Shown one piece after another: positions 50,903-58,570 of a DNA stretch of 64,000 bases. Where the stretch lies: the NCBI GenBank assembly GCA_965263085.1, contig OZ253582.1:2049135-2113134 (forward strand), read 5' to 3'. Within the stretch, counting starts at the first letter, position 1, and every line of letters begins with the position of its first letter. This DNA is from Nitrospinales bacterium. GTDB lineage: Bacteria > Nitrospinota > Nitrospinia > Nitrospinales > VA-1. The translations under genes were made by a program, and so were the position numbers. The notes beneath the pieces are model-generated. The model saw nothing but the letters and a program-made list of their open reading frames with translations, searched no databases and was not told where the DNA came from.

Positions 50903-50948
50903 GATATTTTTGGCTCTCCCTAGATGGCTAGTGTCTATGGAATGCCTT

Positions 50949-51338
50949 TTATGCTTTCTCCTGCTTGGACCATTCTTCAGGCGACCAGACCTCAAAAGTT
51001 TTGGACATTCCTACCAGAATGGCTTCTTTGCTCAACCCTGCAATATCTCTCTGGTTAGCAGGGAGCAATATCTTTCCCGATTTCATTTCGCACTCAGTTG
51101 CTCTAGAATAGAATTCGCGTAATCGGTTGCGGTCGGTCTTGTCGAATGCGTTCAGGTCGCTCAGCTTGGCCTCGTTCTCGGACCATTCTTTCTGGGGAAA
51201 GACGACCAGATAATGGTCCATCACACACACCACCAACTGCGGGCCAAACTGTTCCAGCGTACTGCGAAACTTTGCCGGTACGTTGAAGCGGCCCTTGTCG
51301 TCCAAGCTGATGTTGTAGGTGCCTAAAAAATTGCTCAT
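50949..51338 (-). CDS. mraZ: Transcriptional regulator MraZ
   Basis: MSNFLGTYNISLDDKGRFNVPAKFR ... and a second DxxGR-like repeat (MKSGKILLPANQR). The ATG at 51338 was chosen. Confidence 0.93.
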   Translation of the reverse strand: MSNFLGTYNISLDDKGRFNVPAKFRSTLEQFGPQLVVCVMDHYLVVFPQKEWSENEAKLSDLNAFDKTDRNRLREFYSRATECEMKSGKILLPANQRDIAGLSKEAILVGMSKTFEVWSPEEWSKQEKA

Positions 51339-51379
51339 TGAGTGTGTTTGCTGATTTTGTGTGACTGTGACATAAATAT

Positions 51380-51398
51380 ACACTTTATGACACTTTAT
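51380..51398 (-). promoter_or_regulatory. Candidate MraZ operator boxes (two direct ATAAAGTGT repeats, 10-nt period)
   Basis: The minus strand reads ATAAAGTGTC ATAAAGTGTA immediately downstream of the predicted -10 of the dcw promoter. AAAGTG(T/G) direct repeats are the MraZ box reported for Mollicutes. A GTCACAGTCACA tandem follows. Confidence 0.45.
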
Positions 51399-51404
51399 TA
51401 CATA

Positions 51405-51432
51405 ATTCTATCATAATGCGACAAACTGTCAA
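51405..51432 (-). promoter_or_regulatory. Putative sigma70 promoter of mraZ/dcw cluster
   Basis: The minus strand reads TTGACA (51432-51427), a 16-nt spacer, then TAGAAT (51410-51405). Confidence 0.55.
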
Positions 51433-51739
51433 CCGAAAAGGAGGTATAAATACTGAAAAAGCTATACCGGGGAAAACGGGCTAACTTTTGATCAAAAAAG
51501 GGGCTGGTCGTTTCCAGGGGGGTCACTAAGGAGCTTTTTTGGAAGCAGGACAAAACCACATCGCTATTACAGAACCGGCTTAAAACGCTATTTTCGGGTA
51601 GAATTGACTGAGGTGAGCAAATGTAGCGAGAGAAGCAGTATATTGAGGTTAGTACACTTATATAGGCTATCTATAAAATTCCTTCTCCATTGTTTTGGAG
51701 CAGAGGCTATTTATCCCTTTCTTTTTCAATGGATTTGCT

Positions 51740-51769
51740 TTGACAATGCCAAATTCTGGATGCTACTAT
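51740..51769 (+). promoter_or_regulatory. Putative sigma70 promoter of the ccm cluster
   Basis: TTGACA (51740-51745), an 18-nt spacer, then TACTAT (51764-51769), about 55 nt upstream of ccmE. Confidence 0.45.
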
Positions 51770-51823
51770 GAAAAAGCCTCAATAAATTAATAGAATTCTT
51801 TCGTCAGGGGATGTGGGCTAGTT

Positions 51824-52315
51824 ATGAAGCAGAAAAAGATAAGGTTTTTAGTGGGTAGTTTGCTGATTGTTGGTGCCATCGGTTACCTGATAACAATGGG
51901 TATCAGTAATACCTCGCAATATTTCTTTACCGTGGATGAGTTGATGAGTCAGCAAGTCTCTTATGCTGGTGCGGGGCTAAAAGTAAAAGGAAATGTGGTG
52001 AATGGCTCTATCCAAAGGGACCCTGACGACTATTTAAATGTGAAGTTTTCAATCGAGGAGAACGATGCCTCGTTAAAGGTGGCTTATCAAGGAGTAACGC
52101 CGGATATGTTTATAGATGGCGGTGAGGTAGTGGTTGAGGGAACGTTGGAGGGAAATGGGGTTTTCCACGCCAACACTTTATTGACCAGTTGCCCGTCAAA
52201 ATATGAAGCTAAAAAAGAGGCTGGAGGGATGCACCCGGGAATATTACCTCAATCCGACAAGTATCGGAAGCCTGGCCTCAATAAAGCGGAAGCTTTGCCG
52301 AAAGCAACTATCTGA
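51824..52315 (+). CDS. ccmE: Cytochrome c maturation haem chaperone CcmE, Cys (CxxxY) variant
   Basis: N-terminal TM anchor, an OB-fold core (LKVKGNVVNGSI...VVVEGTL) and LLTSCPSKYE in place of the canonical H-x3-Y. Confidence 0.88.
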   Translation: MKQKKIRFLVGSLLIVGAIGYLITMGISNTSQYFFTVDELMSQQVSYAGAGLKVKGNVVNGSIQRDPDDYLNVKFSIEENDASLKVAYQGVTPDMFIDGGEVVVEGTLEGNGVFHANTLLTSCPSKYEAKKEAGGMHPGILPQSDKYRKPGLNKAEALPKATI

Positions 52316-52390
52316 GAGACCTCTCCTATTAAACCGAGTAACCCAGCCACCCAGCACTAGTGCGGGATTAAAGGCGTTTGCATAGAAACC

Positions 52391-54406
52391 ATGAACGATA
52401 TTGGTGAGTTTGCATTACTAGTTGCCTTGGCAACGGCTCTCTATGGTTGCGTTGCCTATGTAATGTCAGCCCGTGGAAACCGCATCGACCTTTACCTTAG
52501 TGCTGACAAGACTCCATTTATTGTCTGGATATGTGTTGTCATCTCTTCCATTTGCTTGTGGAAAGCTTTTCTTACCGACGACTTTAGCCTTCAGTACGTC
52601 TGGGCCTATTCCAATCGCGAACTCGACACGTTTTATAAGGTTTCCTCATTCTGGGGTGGGCAAAAAGGTTCTCTGCTTTTCTGGACCCTGCTTCTCAGTA
52701 CCTATATGCTCGTGGTTTATTTTCAGAACCGGAGTAAAAATCTCAGGGTGGTTCCCTATGCGATGGCAGTCATGCTCGCTGTCGTGGTGTTCTTTCTTTT
52801 CCTGATTAACTTTTCCACCAACCCTTTTGAGCGCATCCCTTTGCCTCCTGAAGATGGGCGTGGCCTGAACCCACTCCTGCAAAATTATTGGATGGTGATT
52901 CATCCGCCAACGTTATATTTAGGGTATGTGGGGTTCACTGTTCCCTTTGCATTTGCGGTGGCAGCCCTTATTAGCAAGGATCTGGATGACGGTTGGATTC
53001 GTATGACCCGGAAGTGGGCTTTGATCTCCTGGTTTTTTCTTTGTATGGGCAATTTATTTGGAGCTTCGTGGGCTTATGTAGAACTGGGTTGGGGCGGTTA
53101 CTGGGCTTGGGACCCTGTCGAGAATGCCGCGTTCATGCCGTTGCTGATAGCTACTGCTTTTTTACATTCAGTGATGATCCAGGAAAAAAAGGACATGATG
53201 AAAGTCTGGAACATGTCCTTGATCCTCCTGACATTCGCGATGACAATTTTTGGAACGTTTATCACCCGTAGCGGCCTTATCCAGTCGGTTCATACCTTTG
53301 ATGAAGCGACCTTGGGGTATTATTTCTTGGCGTTTCTTTTTGTGATCATTGTTGCTTGCGTAGCGTTGATCATTGTGCGGCTTCCCCTGTTAAAGAGTGC
53401 GAACGAGCTTGATTCTTTTTTATCCCGGGAAAGCAGTTTTTTATTCAATAACCTAGTATTACTGGGAATTGCTTTTGCGACGTTCTGGGGAACCATTTTC
53501 CCTATTATTTCAGAAGCCGTGCGGGGTGTGAAAATTACTGTAGGGCCGCCATTCTATAATCAGGTTAACGTGCCTATTGGGCTTGCGCTTTTGGCGCTCA
53601 TTGGCATTGGGCCTGTAATTGCTTGGCGTCAGGCCACATTCTCTAACCTGAAGAAGAACTTTTTGAAACCTGTTGCCGTTGCTATTGTAGCGGCAGTAGC
53701 GTTGTTCCCGGTTATTCCATTAGGAAGTCGAACCGAGGTTTATACTTATGTGACGTTTGTGCTTTGTGCTTTTGTGTTGACCAGTATCTTGACGGAGTTT
53801 TATAAAGGAACGGTTTCAAGGATGGGGTCGCACGATGAATCTGTTGTCGGAGCTTTAACAACGGTGACTTGGCGTAACAAGAGGCGTTATGGTGGTTACA
53901 TCGTTCACATTGGTGTGGTGTTGATTTTTGCCGGAATTGCAGGGTCGCAGGCTTATGGAACGCATACAGAAAAACACCTGCAACTGGGTGACTCCTTTGA
54001 GATAAGAGGGTACACGATCAGATATGAAAAACTGGTCGCGGTGGAGGCAACAAGCATTAAAACCCGGATTATTGCTCAGCTTGCTGTCGAACGTGACGGT
54101 AAACGATATTGGACGGGCCGCCCTGAAAAAGAATTTTATAAAGGACAAAACCAGCCGGTCTCGGAAGTGGATGTGTTGTCAACCTGGAAGGAGGATTTAT
54201 ATATGATTCTTGCGGACTTCCGGGAAGATGAATCGGCAACGATAAAAGTGTATGTGAACCCGATGGTCAGTTGGATGTGGACAGGCGGGTGGATCATTGC
54301 TTTTGGAACCATGATCTCCATGTGGCCAGATCGATTGGAGCAACGTCGCCGTCTAGGCAGGGTCCGTAAGCAGGAGCAGCTGTTTCCTTCTCCCGCACAG
54401 GAGTAA
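52391..54406 (+). CDS. ccmF: Cytochrome c haem lyase subunit CcmF
   Basis: 671-aa polytopic protein with the WWD motif WGGYWAWDPVEN. Confidence 0.95.
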   Translation: MNDIGEFALLVALATALYGCVAYVMSARGNRIDLYLSADKTPFIVWICVVISSICLWKAFLTDDFSLQYVWAYSNRELDTFYKVSSFWGGQKGSLLFWTLLLSTYMLVVYFQNRSKNLRVVPYAMAVMLAVVVFFLFLINFSTNPFERIPLPPEDGRGLNPLLQNYWMVIHPPTLYLGYVGFTVPFAFAVAALISKDLDDGWIRMTRKWALISWFFLCMGNLFGASWAYVELGWGGYWAWDPVENAAFMPLLIATAFLHSVMIQEKKDMMKVWNMSLILLTFAMTIFGTFITRSGLIQSVHTFDEATLGYYFLAFLFVIIVACVALIIVRLPLLKSANELDSFLSRESSFLFNNLVLLGIAFATFWGTIFPIISEAVRGVKITVGPPFYNQVNVPIGLALLALIGIGPVIAWRQATFSNLKKNFLKPVAVAIVAAVALFPVIPLGSRTEVYTYVTFVLCAFVLTSILTEFYKGTVSRMGSHDESVVGALTTVTWRNKRRYGGYIVHIGVVLIFAGIAGSQAYGTHTEKHLQLGDSFEIRGYTIRYEKLVAVEATSIKTRIIAQLAVERDGKRYWTGRPEKEFYKGQNQPVSEVDVLSTWKEDLYMILADFREDESATIKVYVNPMVSWMWTGGWIIAFGTMISMWPDRLEQRRRLGRVRKQEQLFPSPAQE

Positions 54407-54410
54407 CTGA

Positions 54411-54893
54411 ATGAGAACTTTAAAAGTGTTGACCGCATTGTTTGTGCTGGCATGGGTTTCAGTAGGCCAGATGTCTGTGGCCGGGGCTGGGGCTCTTTTG
54501 CAGGATCTTGAAAACCAGTTGATGTGCAAATGCGATGACAAGTGCGGGAAGGTTCTTATCAATTGCACCTGCTCCACTTCCGATAAAACCCGTACTAAGT
54601 TTTCGAAAATGCTGGAATCCGGTCTCACCGTTGAGCAAATCGTAAAAATGCAGGTAGATGAATACGGAGAGACCGTATTGTCCGCTCCTACCAAATTCGG
54701 ATTCAATCTCACAGCTTGGTTGACCCCGTTTGTAGCTTTGGTTGCCGGGGGGTTTGGGGTTCGTAAAGTTCTTCATGCATGGGTGGGGAAAAAAGATAGC
54801 AATGGTTCCGTAGAGGTATCTGTGCCCGACCCCAAAATTTCAGAAAAATATTCCAAACGTTTAAAAGATGAACTAGACGGGATTGAGTTATAG
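54411..54893 (+). CDS. ccmH: CcmH/NrfF-family protein with non-canonical cysteine cluster
   Basis: Signal peptide plus a C-terminal region EQIVKMQVDEYGETVLSAPTKFGFNLTAWLTPFVALVAGG that matches the CcmH family pattern (I..yl..rYG..vL..P......LW..P......G). The LRCxxC motif is replaced by MCKCDDKCGKVLINCTC. Confidence 0.65.
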   Translation: MRTLKVLTALFVLAWVSVGQMSVAGAGALLQDLENQLMCKCDDKCGKVLINCTCSTSDKTRTKFSKMLESGLTVEQIVKMQVDEYGETVLSAPTKFGFNLTAWLTPFVALVAGGFGVRKVLHAWVGKKDSNGSVEVSVPDPKISEKYSKRLKDELDGIEL

Positions 54894-54895
54894 GA

Positions 54896-55222
54896 ATGGG
54901 ATTTATCCACTTCTTAGAGTTGATTCTGGTTGTTGCGATTCTGCTTGTTGTGGGAATACCGCTTTTTGGAAAATTAAAACTCAAAAAGCTGGTGGAAGCG
55001 GTGGACCCTGCTGTTGATGAGTATAAACATCTTTTAGTGCGTAAAGAAGAAACACTAATTTCCATCAAGGAACTGGAATTTGATTTTAGTACTGGAAAAA
55101 TCTCAGAGCCCGACTATAAAAAGCTTCTCCATAGGCTGGAAACAGAAGCGACGGGGATTCTGGAGCACCTAGACCAATTGGAACAGGAAGGCAAAAAAAA
55201 CAAACCCGGAAAGCCCCGTTAA
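54896..55222 (+). CDS. Small TM protein resembling the N-terminal module of CcmI/CycH (putative)
   Basis: N-terminal TM helix followed by IKELEFDFSTGKISEPDYKKLLHRLETEA, which resembles the L..D...G.i...e......e conserved segment of CcmI. There is no TPR part. Confidence 0.35.
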   Translation: MGFIHFLELILVVAILLVVGIPLFGKLKLKKLVEAVDPAVDEYKHLLVRKEETLISIKELEFDFSTGKISEPDYKKLLHRLETEATGILEHLDQLEQEGKKNKPGKPR

Positions 55223-55252
55223 ACCTGACGCAACCCTTGAAGAGAAGCCCTA

Positions 55253-56017
55253 TTGAGAATGACAGACAATCCCAACCCATCCGGTCCCGCTATTAAAGTT
55301 TGCCGGTTACGCAAAGAGTTTGGGGTTTTGAAGGCGGTGGATGGTGTCAGCTTTGACTTGAAGCGCGGGGAATTTTTATCGGTGTTTGGCCCGAACGGAG
55401 CAGGCAAGACCACTCTGATCAAGATTCTTACGGGACTGACCCAGCCTTCATCAGGAACTGCTCGGGTGGCAGGTTATGAGGTGGAAGAGAGGAGACCCGA
55501 GATGCGACGCGAAATTGGTGTTATTTCCCACTCGTCTGCCTTATATGCCGATTTGACTCCCATGGAGAATCTGGTTTTTTTTGGCAAGATGTATGGGCTG
55601 GAGCACCCTCAGGAGTCAGCGCTTGCAGCTCTTGAAGATGTGGGGCTGGCAGTACGCAGGAATGACCGGGTGCGAACCTTTTCCCGTGGCATGTTGCAGA
55701 GACTATCCATCGCCCGAGCCACTCTGCATGACCCTTCCATATTATTTCTGGATGAACCTTTTACGGGTCTAGATATCCACGCCTCCAACGTGCTCAAGGA
55801 CCATCTCCAAACCTTACATAACAATAAGAGAACCATATTGATGACTACGCATGATGTTTCCTGTGGGCTGGAAATGTGTGACAAGGTGGCTCTGCAGGTG
55901 ATGGGCCAGTTTGCATTTTTTGAAGATATTAAAGATGTCGATAAGGAAAATTTTGAGAAGATGTATTTTGACACGGTTCGCAATAACCAGTTCACCATGG
56001 GCATTCGCCCTTACTGA
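55253..56017 (+). CDS. ccmA: Haem exporter ATP-binding protein CcmA
   Basis: Walker A GPNGAGKTT, signature FSRGMLQRL and Walker B ILFLDEP. It lies directly upstream of ccmB. Confidence 0.88.
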   Translation: MRMTDNPNPSGPAIKVCRLRKEFGVLKAVDGVSFDLKRGEFLSVFGPNGAGKTTLIKILTGLTQPSSGTARVAGYEVEERRPEMRREIGVISHSSALYADLTPMENLVFFGKMYGLEHPQESALAALEDVGLAVRRNDRVRTFSRGMLQRLSIARATLHDPSILFLDEPFTGLDIHASNVLKDHLQTLHNNKRTILMTTHDVSCGLEMCDKVALQVMGQFAFFEDIKDVDKENFEKMYFDTVRNNQFTMGIRPY

Positions 56018-56023
56018 GGTAGC

Positions 56024-56704
56024 ATGAACCTTTTTTTGAGTCAAATCTTGGCGATTGTCTGGAAAGATTTGGTGACCGAACTCAAGACGCGGGAATTGTT
56101 CAGTGCAATGTTTATTTTTGCATTGCTGGTGATTCTGATATTTATTTTTTCTGTGAATCTGAGTATTGTCAAAGCCAGTGAGGTCGGGCCGGGGATTTTG
56201 TGGGTGGCATTTTTATTTTCTGGAACCCTGGGCCTGAACCGATCTTTCGTGCTCGAAAAAGAAAATGGCTGCCTCATGGGGTTGATGCTAGTGCCAGTAG
56301 ACCGAACGGCTATTTATTTTGGTAAGTTGATCAGTAATTTTGTTTTCCTGACTATTATGGAGTTGTTTATCCTGCCGCTGTTTATGATTTTTTTTAATAT
56401 TGACCTTATCGAACACCTGCTTCCACTTTTGCTTGTTATATTTTTAGGGACCCTGGGGTTCTGCGCTCTAGGAACCCTGTTGTCTTCGTTAGCTTCAAAC
56501 CTTAAAACCCGGGAAATCATGTTGCCGATTTTGCTCTATCCCTTATTGGTGCCGATTGTCATCGGAGTGGTTCGGATGACAGGGCAGGTTCTGGCTGGGG
56601 AACCTTTGTCGGAGATGATGCGTTGGATTGGTTTGACGGCGTCTTTCGATATCATTTATATTGGTGTCTCTATTATGACTATCGACCATATTCTGGAGGA
56701 GTGA
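56024..56704 (+). CDS. ccmB: Haem exporter protein CcmB
   Basis: 226-aa 6-TM protein. FSAMFIFALLV...ENGCLMGL is consistent with the CcmB family and with its position between ccmA and ccmD/ccmC. Confidence 0.85.
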   Translation: MNLFLSQILAIVWKDLVTELKTRELFSAMFIFALLVILIFIFSVNLSIVKASEVGPGILWVAFLFSGTLGLNRSFVLEKENGCLMGLMLVPVDRTAIYFGKLISNFVFLTIMELFILPLFMIFFNIDLIEHLLPLLLVIFLGTLGFCALGTLLSSLASNLKTREIMLPILLYPLLVPIVIGVVRMTGQVLAGEPLSEMMRWIGLTASFDIIYIGVSIMTIDHILEE

Positions 56705-56708
56705 CAGA

Positions 56709-56852
56709 ATGGATAATCTGGGGTTTTTATTTGCGGCTAACGCGTTTGTATGGGGCGGCATTATTTATTATGTATACACGATCAAGCAACGCAACAGCGC
56801 TCTTGAAAAAGACTTGGACTTGCTGAAAGAAACTTTGAGCAAGGAAGGGTGA
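56709..56852 (+). CDS. ccmD: Haem exporter protein CcmD (small ORF absent from the ORF track)
   Basis: Hand translation gives MDNLGFLFAANAFVWGGIIYYVYTIKQRNSALEKDLDLLKETLSKEG (47 aa). It has a single TM helix and a basic/charged tail. It starts 5 nt after ccmB, and its stop overlaps the ccmC ATG (TGATG). Confidence 0.7.
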   Translation: MDNLGFLFAANAFVWGGIIYYVYTIKQRNSALEKDLDLLKETLSKEG

Positions 56853-57568
56853 TGATGAACCCTGATGCGGTAGAAGAAAAAGAGGAAGAAAGTAATATTC
56901 TGGTCTGGTTGACGGCCTTGGCGGTTTTGGCGGCGCTGATTGGGATATTTATTTATGTTCCCACCGAACGAACCGAAGGCGTGATCCAACGGATCATGTA
57001 TTTTCATATTCCTTGCGCCTGGCTTTCCTTTTTCGCATTCTTCGTGGTTTTTATCTGTTCCATTCTGTTTCTGTGGAAGAAGGACCGTGAGTGGGACATT
57101 TATGCCCATGCCTCGGCAGAGATCGGGGTGGTTTTCTGTTCCCTGGTTTTGATCACCGGGCCGGTCTGGGCCAGACCTATTTGGGGAGTCTGGTGGGTAT
57201 GGGACGCGCGCCTCACTTCCACTCTGATACTCTGGATCATCTATGTGGCCTATCTTATGCTCCGTGCACAAAGCGAGTCTGGCTCCATGCGAGCCCGTTA
57301 TGCCGCAGTGCTTGGTATTGTCGGGTTTCTGGATATTCCTCTCATTCACTTTTCTGTTCTTTGGTGGCGGGCTTTTCATCCTCAGCCGAAAGTTATCACC
57401 TCGGAAGGAATTGGCAATGGAATGGACCCCAGTATGCTGGCGACATTGGGCGTATCTCTGTGTGCCTTCACTCTGCTTTACTTCCTGTTGATGGGTGAGC
57501 GAGTGCGGCAGGAAAAACTAAAAGATGAAATTGATCGCCTTAAAAGGGAAAAACTTTATTCGCCCTAG
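56852..57568 (+). CDS. ccmC: Haem exporter protein CcmC
   Basis: WWD motif WGVWWVWDARLTS. I preferred the ATG at 56852 to the GTG at 56849. Confidence 0.93.
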   Translation: MMNPDAVEEKEEESNILVWLTALAVLAALIGIFIYVPTERTEGVIQRIMYFHIPCAWLSFFAFFVVFICSILFLWKKDREWDIYAHASAEIGVVFCSLVLITGPVWARPIWGVWWVWDARLTSTLILWIIYVAYLMLRAQSESGSMRARYAAVLGIVGFLDIPLIHFSVLWWRAFHPQPKVITSEGIGNGMDPSMLATLGVSLCAFTLLYFLLMGERVRQEKLKDEIDRLKREKLYSP

Positions 57569-58106
57569 AGACGGACTGCTGGGCCTGTTGATTCTTGTGG
57601 CCTTGACATTACTTGTGCTCTGTATTCAAGCCCCTGGCCCGAAAAACCCGCACCCGGAAACCAATCAGTTCAAGTCACAAGAAGGTTTTCTGGCTCCCCG
57701 GTTTAGCTTGAGGAATCTCAAGGGCAACCTTGAGGGGCTTGACGATCACTCTGGTAAAGTGGTCATTATTAATTTCTGGGCAACCTGGTGTGCTCCCTGT
57801 GTTAAGGAAATGCCAAGCTTCGAGAACCTGTACCGCCGCTTTCGCTCGAAGAGGTTGACCATTCTTGCGATCAGTCTGGACAAGGGTGATTCTTCCAAAG
57901 TCCAGGAATTTGTGGATAAGTACAAATTGTCTTTTCCGGTTTTGTTGGATACCGAAGGGATCGCTGAAAAACTCTATCCTTCTTTTACTATTCCATTCAC
58001 CTATGTGATCGATAGGCAGGGCAGGGTTGTGGCCCGTGTCGACGGCGCCAAAAGCTGGGAGTCGTCTGAAACATTCGAGGCGGTGGAACATCTTTTAAAA
58101 CAATAA
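57525..58106 (+). CDS. ccmG: Thiol:disulfide oxidoreductase CcmG/DsbE (TlpA/ResA family)
   Basis: TM anchor plus a thioredoxin fold with FWATWCAPCVKEMP. It is the last gene of the ccm run. Confidence 0.85.
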   Translation: MKLIALKGKNFIRPRDGLLGLLILVALTLLVLCIQAPGPKNPHPETNQFKSQEGFLAPRFSLRNLKGNLEGLDDHSGKVVIINFWATWCAPCVKEMPSFENLYRRFRSKRLTILAISLDKGDSSKVQEFVDKYKLSFPVLLDTEGIAEKLYPSFTIPFTYVIDRQGRVVARVDGAKSWESSETFEAVEHLLKQ

Positions 58107-58126
58107 ACACGTGAGGAAAGCATTTA

Positions 58127-58543
58127 ATGATAAATGAAGAGAGAGCCCAGTCTGCTAATGAAAGTTTTTATGAAGCCTTTAATAAAAGGGATATTGAGGC
58201 GATGAAAAAGGTGTGGGGGAATGATGAAAGCGTAACCTGTGTTCATCCTGGCTGGCCCCCTCTTAATGGGTTCGAGTCGATTTTAAATAGTTGGGCGGGT
58301 ATTTTTGAAAATTCCGGAAATATGGAGGTTCAGATTTTTGATGTGCGAGTTCTGGCTTCAGAAGATTTGGCTTGGGTTTCCTGTATTGAGAAGCTTTATA
58401 CCATTGCTGAAAGCGGAGTGCTGGCTTCTAAGATTTTTGCCACCAACCTGTTTCATCTTAAGGGCAATGTTTGGAAGATGGTTATACATCATGCTTCCCC
58501 TGTCCCTGACATCCAGAAAGCAGATGATATCTCGAGGAACTGA
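58127..58543 (+). CDS. NTF2-like / SnoaL-like (DUF4440-type) protein
   Basis: 138 aa. The N-terminus NESFYEAFNKRDIEAMKKVW....VTCVHPGWPPL is typical of the family. Confidence 0.65.
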   Translation: MINEERAQSANESFYEAFNKRDIEAMKKVWGNDESVTCVHPGWPPLNGFESILNSWAGIFENSGNMEVQIFDVRVLASEDLAWVSCIEKLYTIAESGVLASKIFATNLFHLKGNVWKMVIHHASPVPDIQKADDISRN

Positions 58544-58570
58544 AGGTGATCTGCAGTCTGGTGAAAGAGG

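Noticed and set aside
56768-57379. A 203-aa minus-strand ORF
   Set aside because: It is antisense to ccmC, which has its WWD motif on the plus strand. It has no motifs and is Pro/Gly/Arg-rich.
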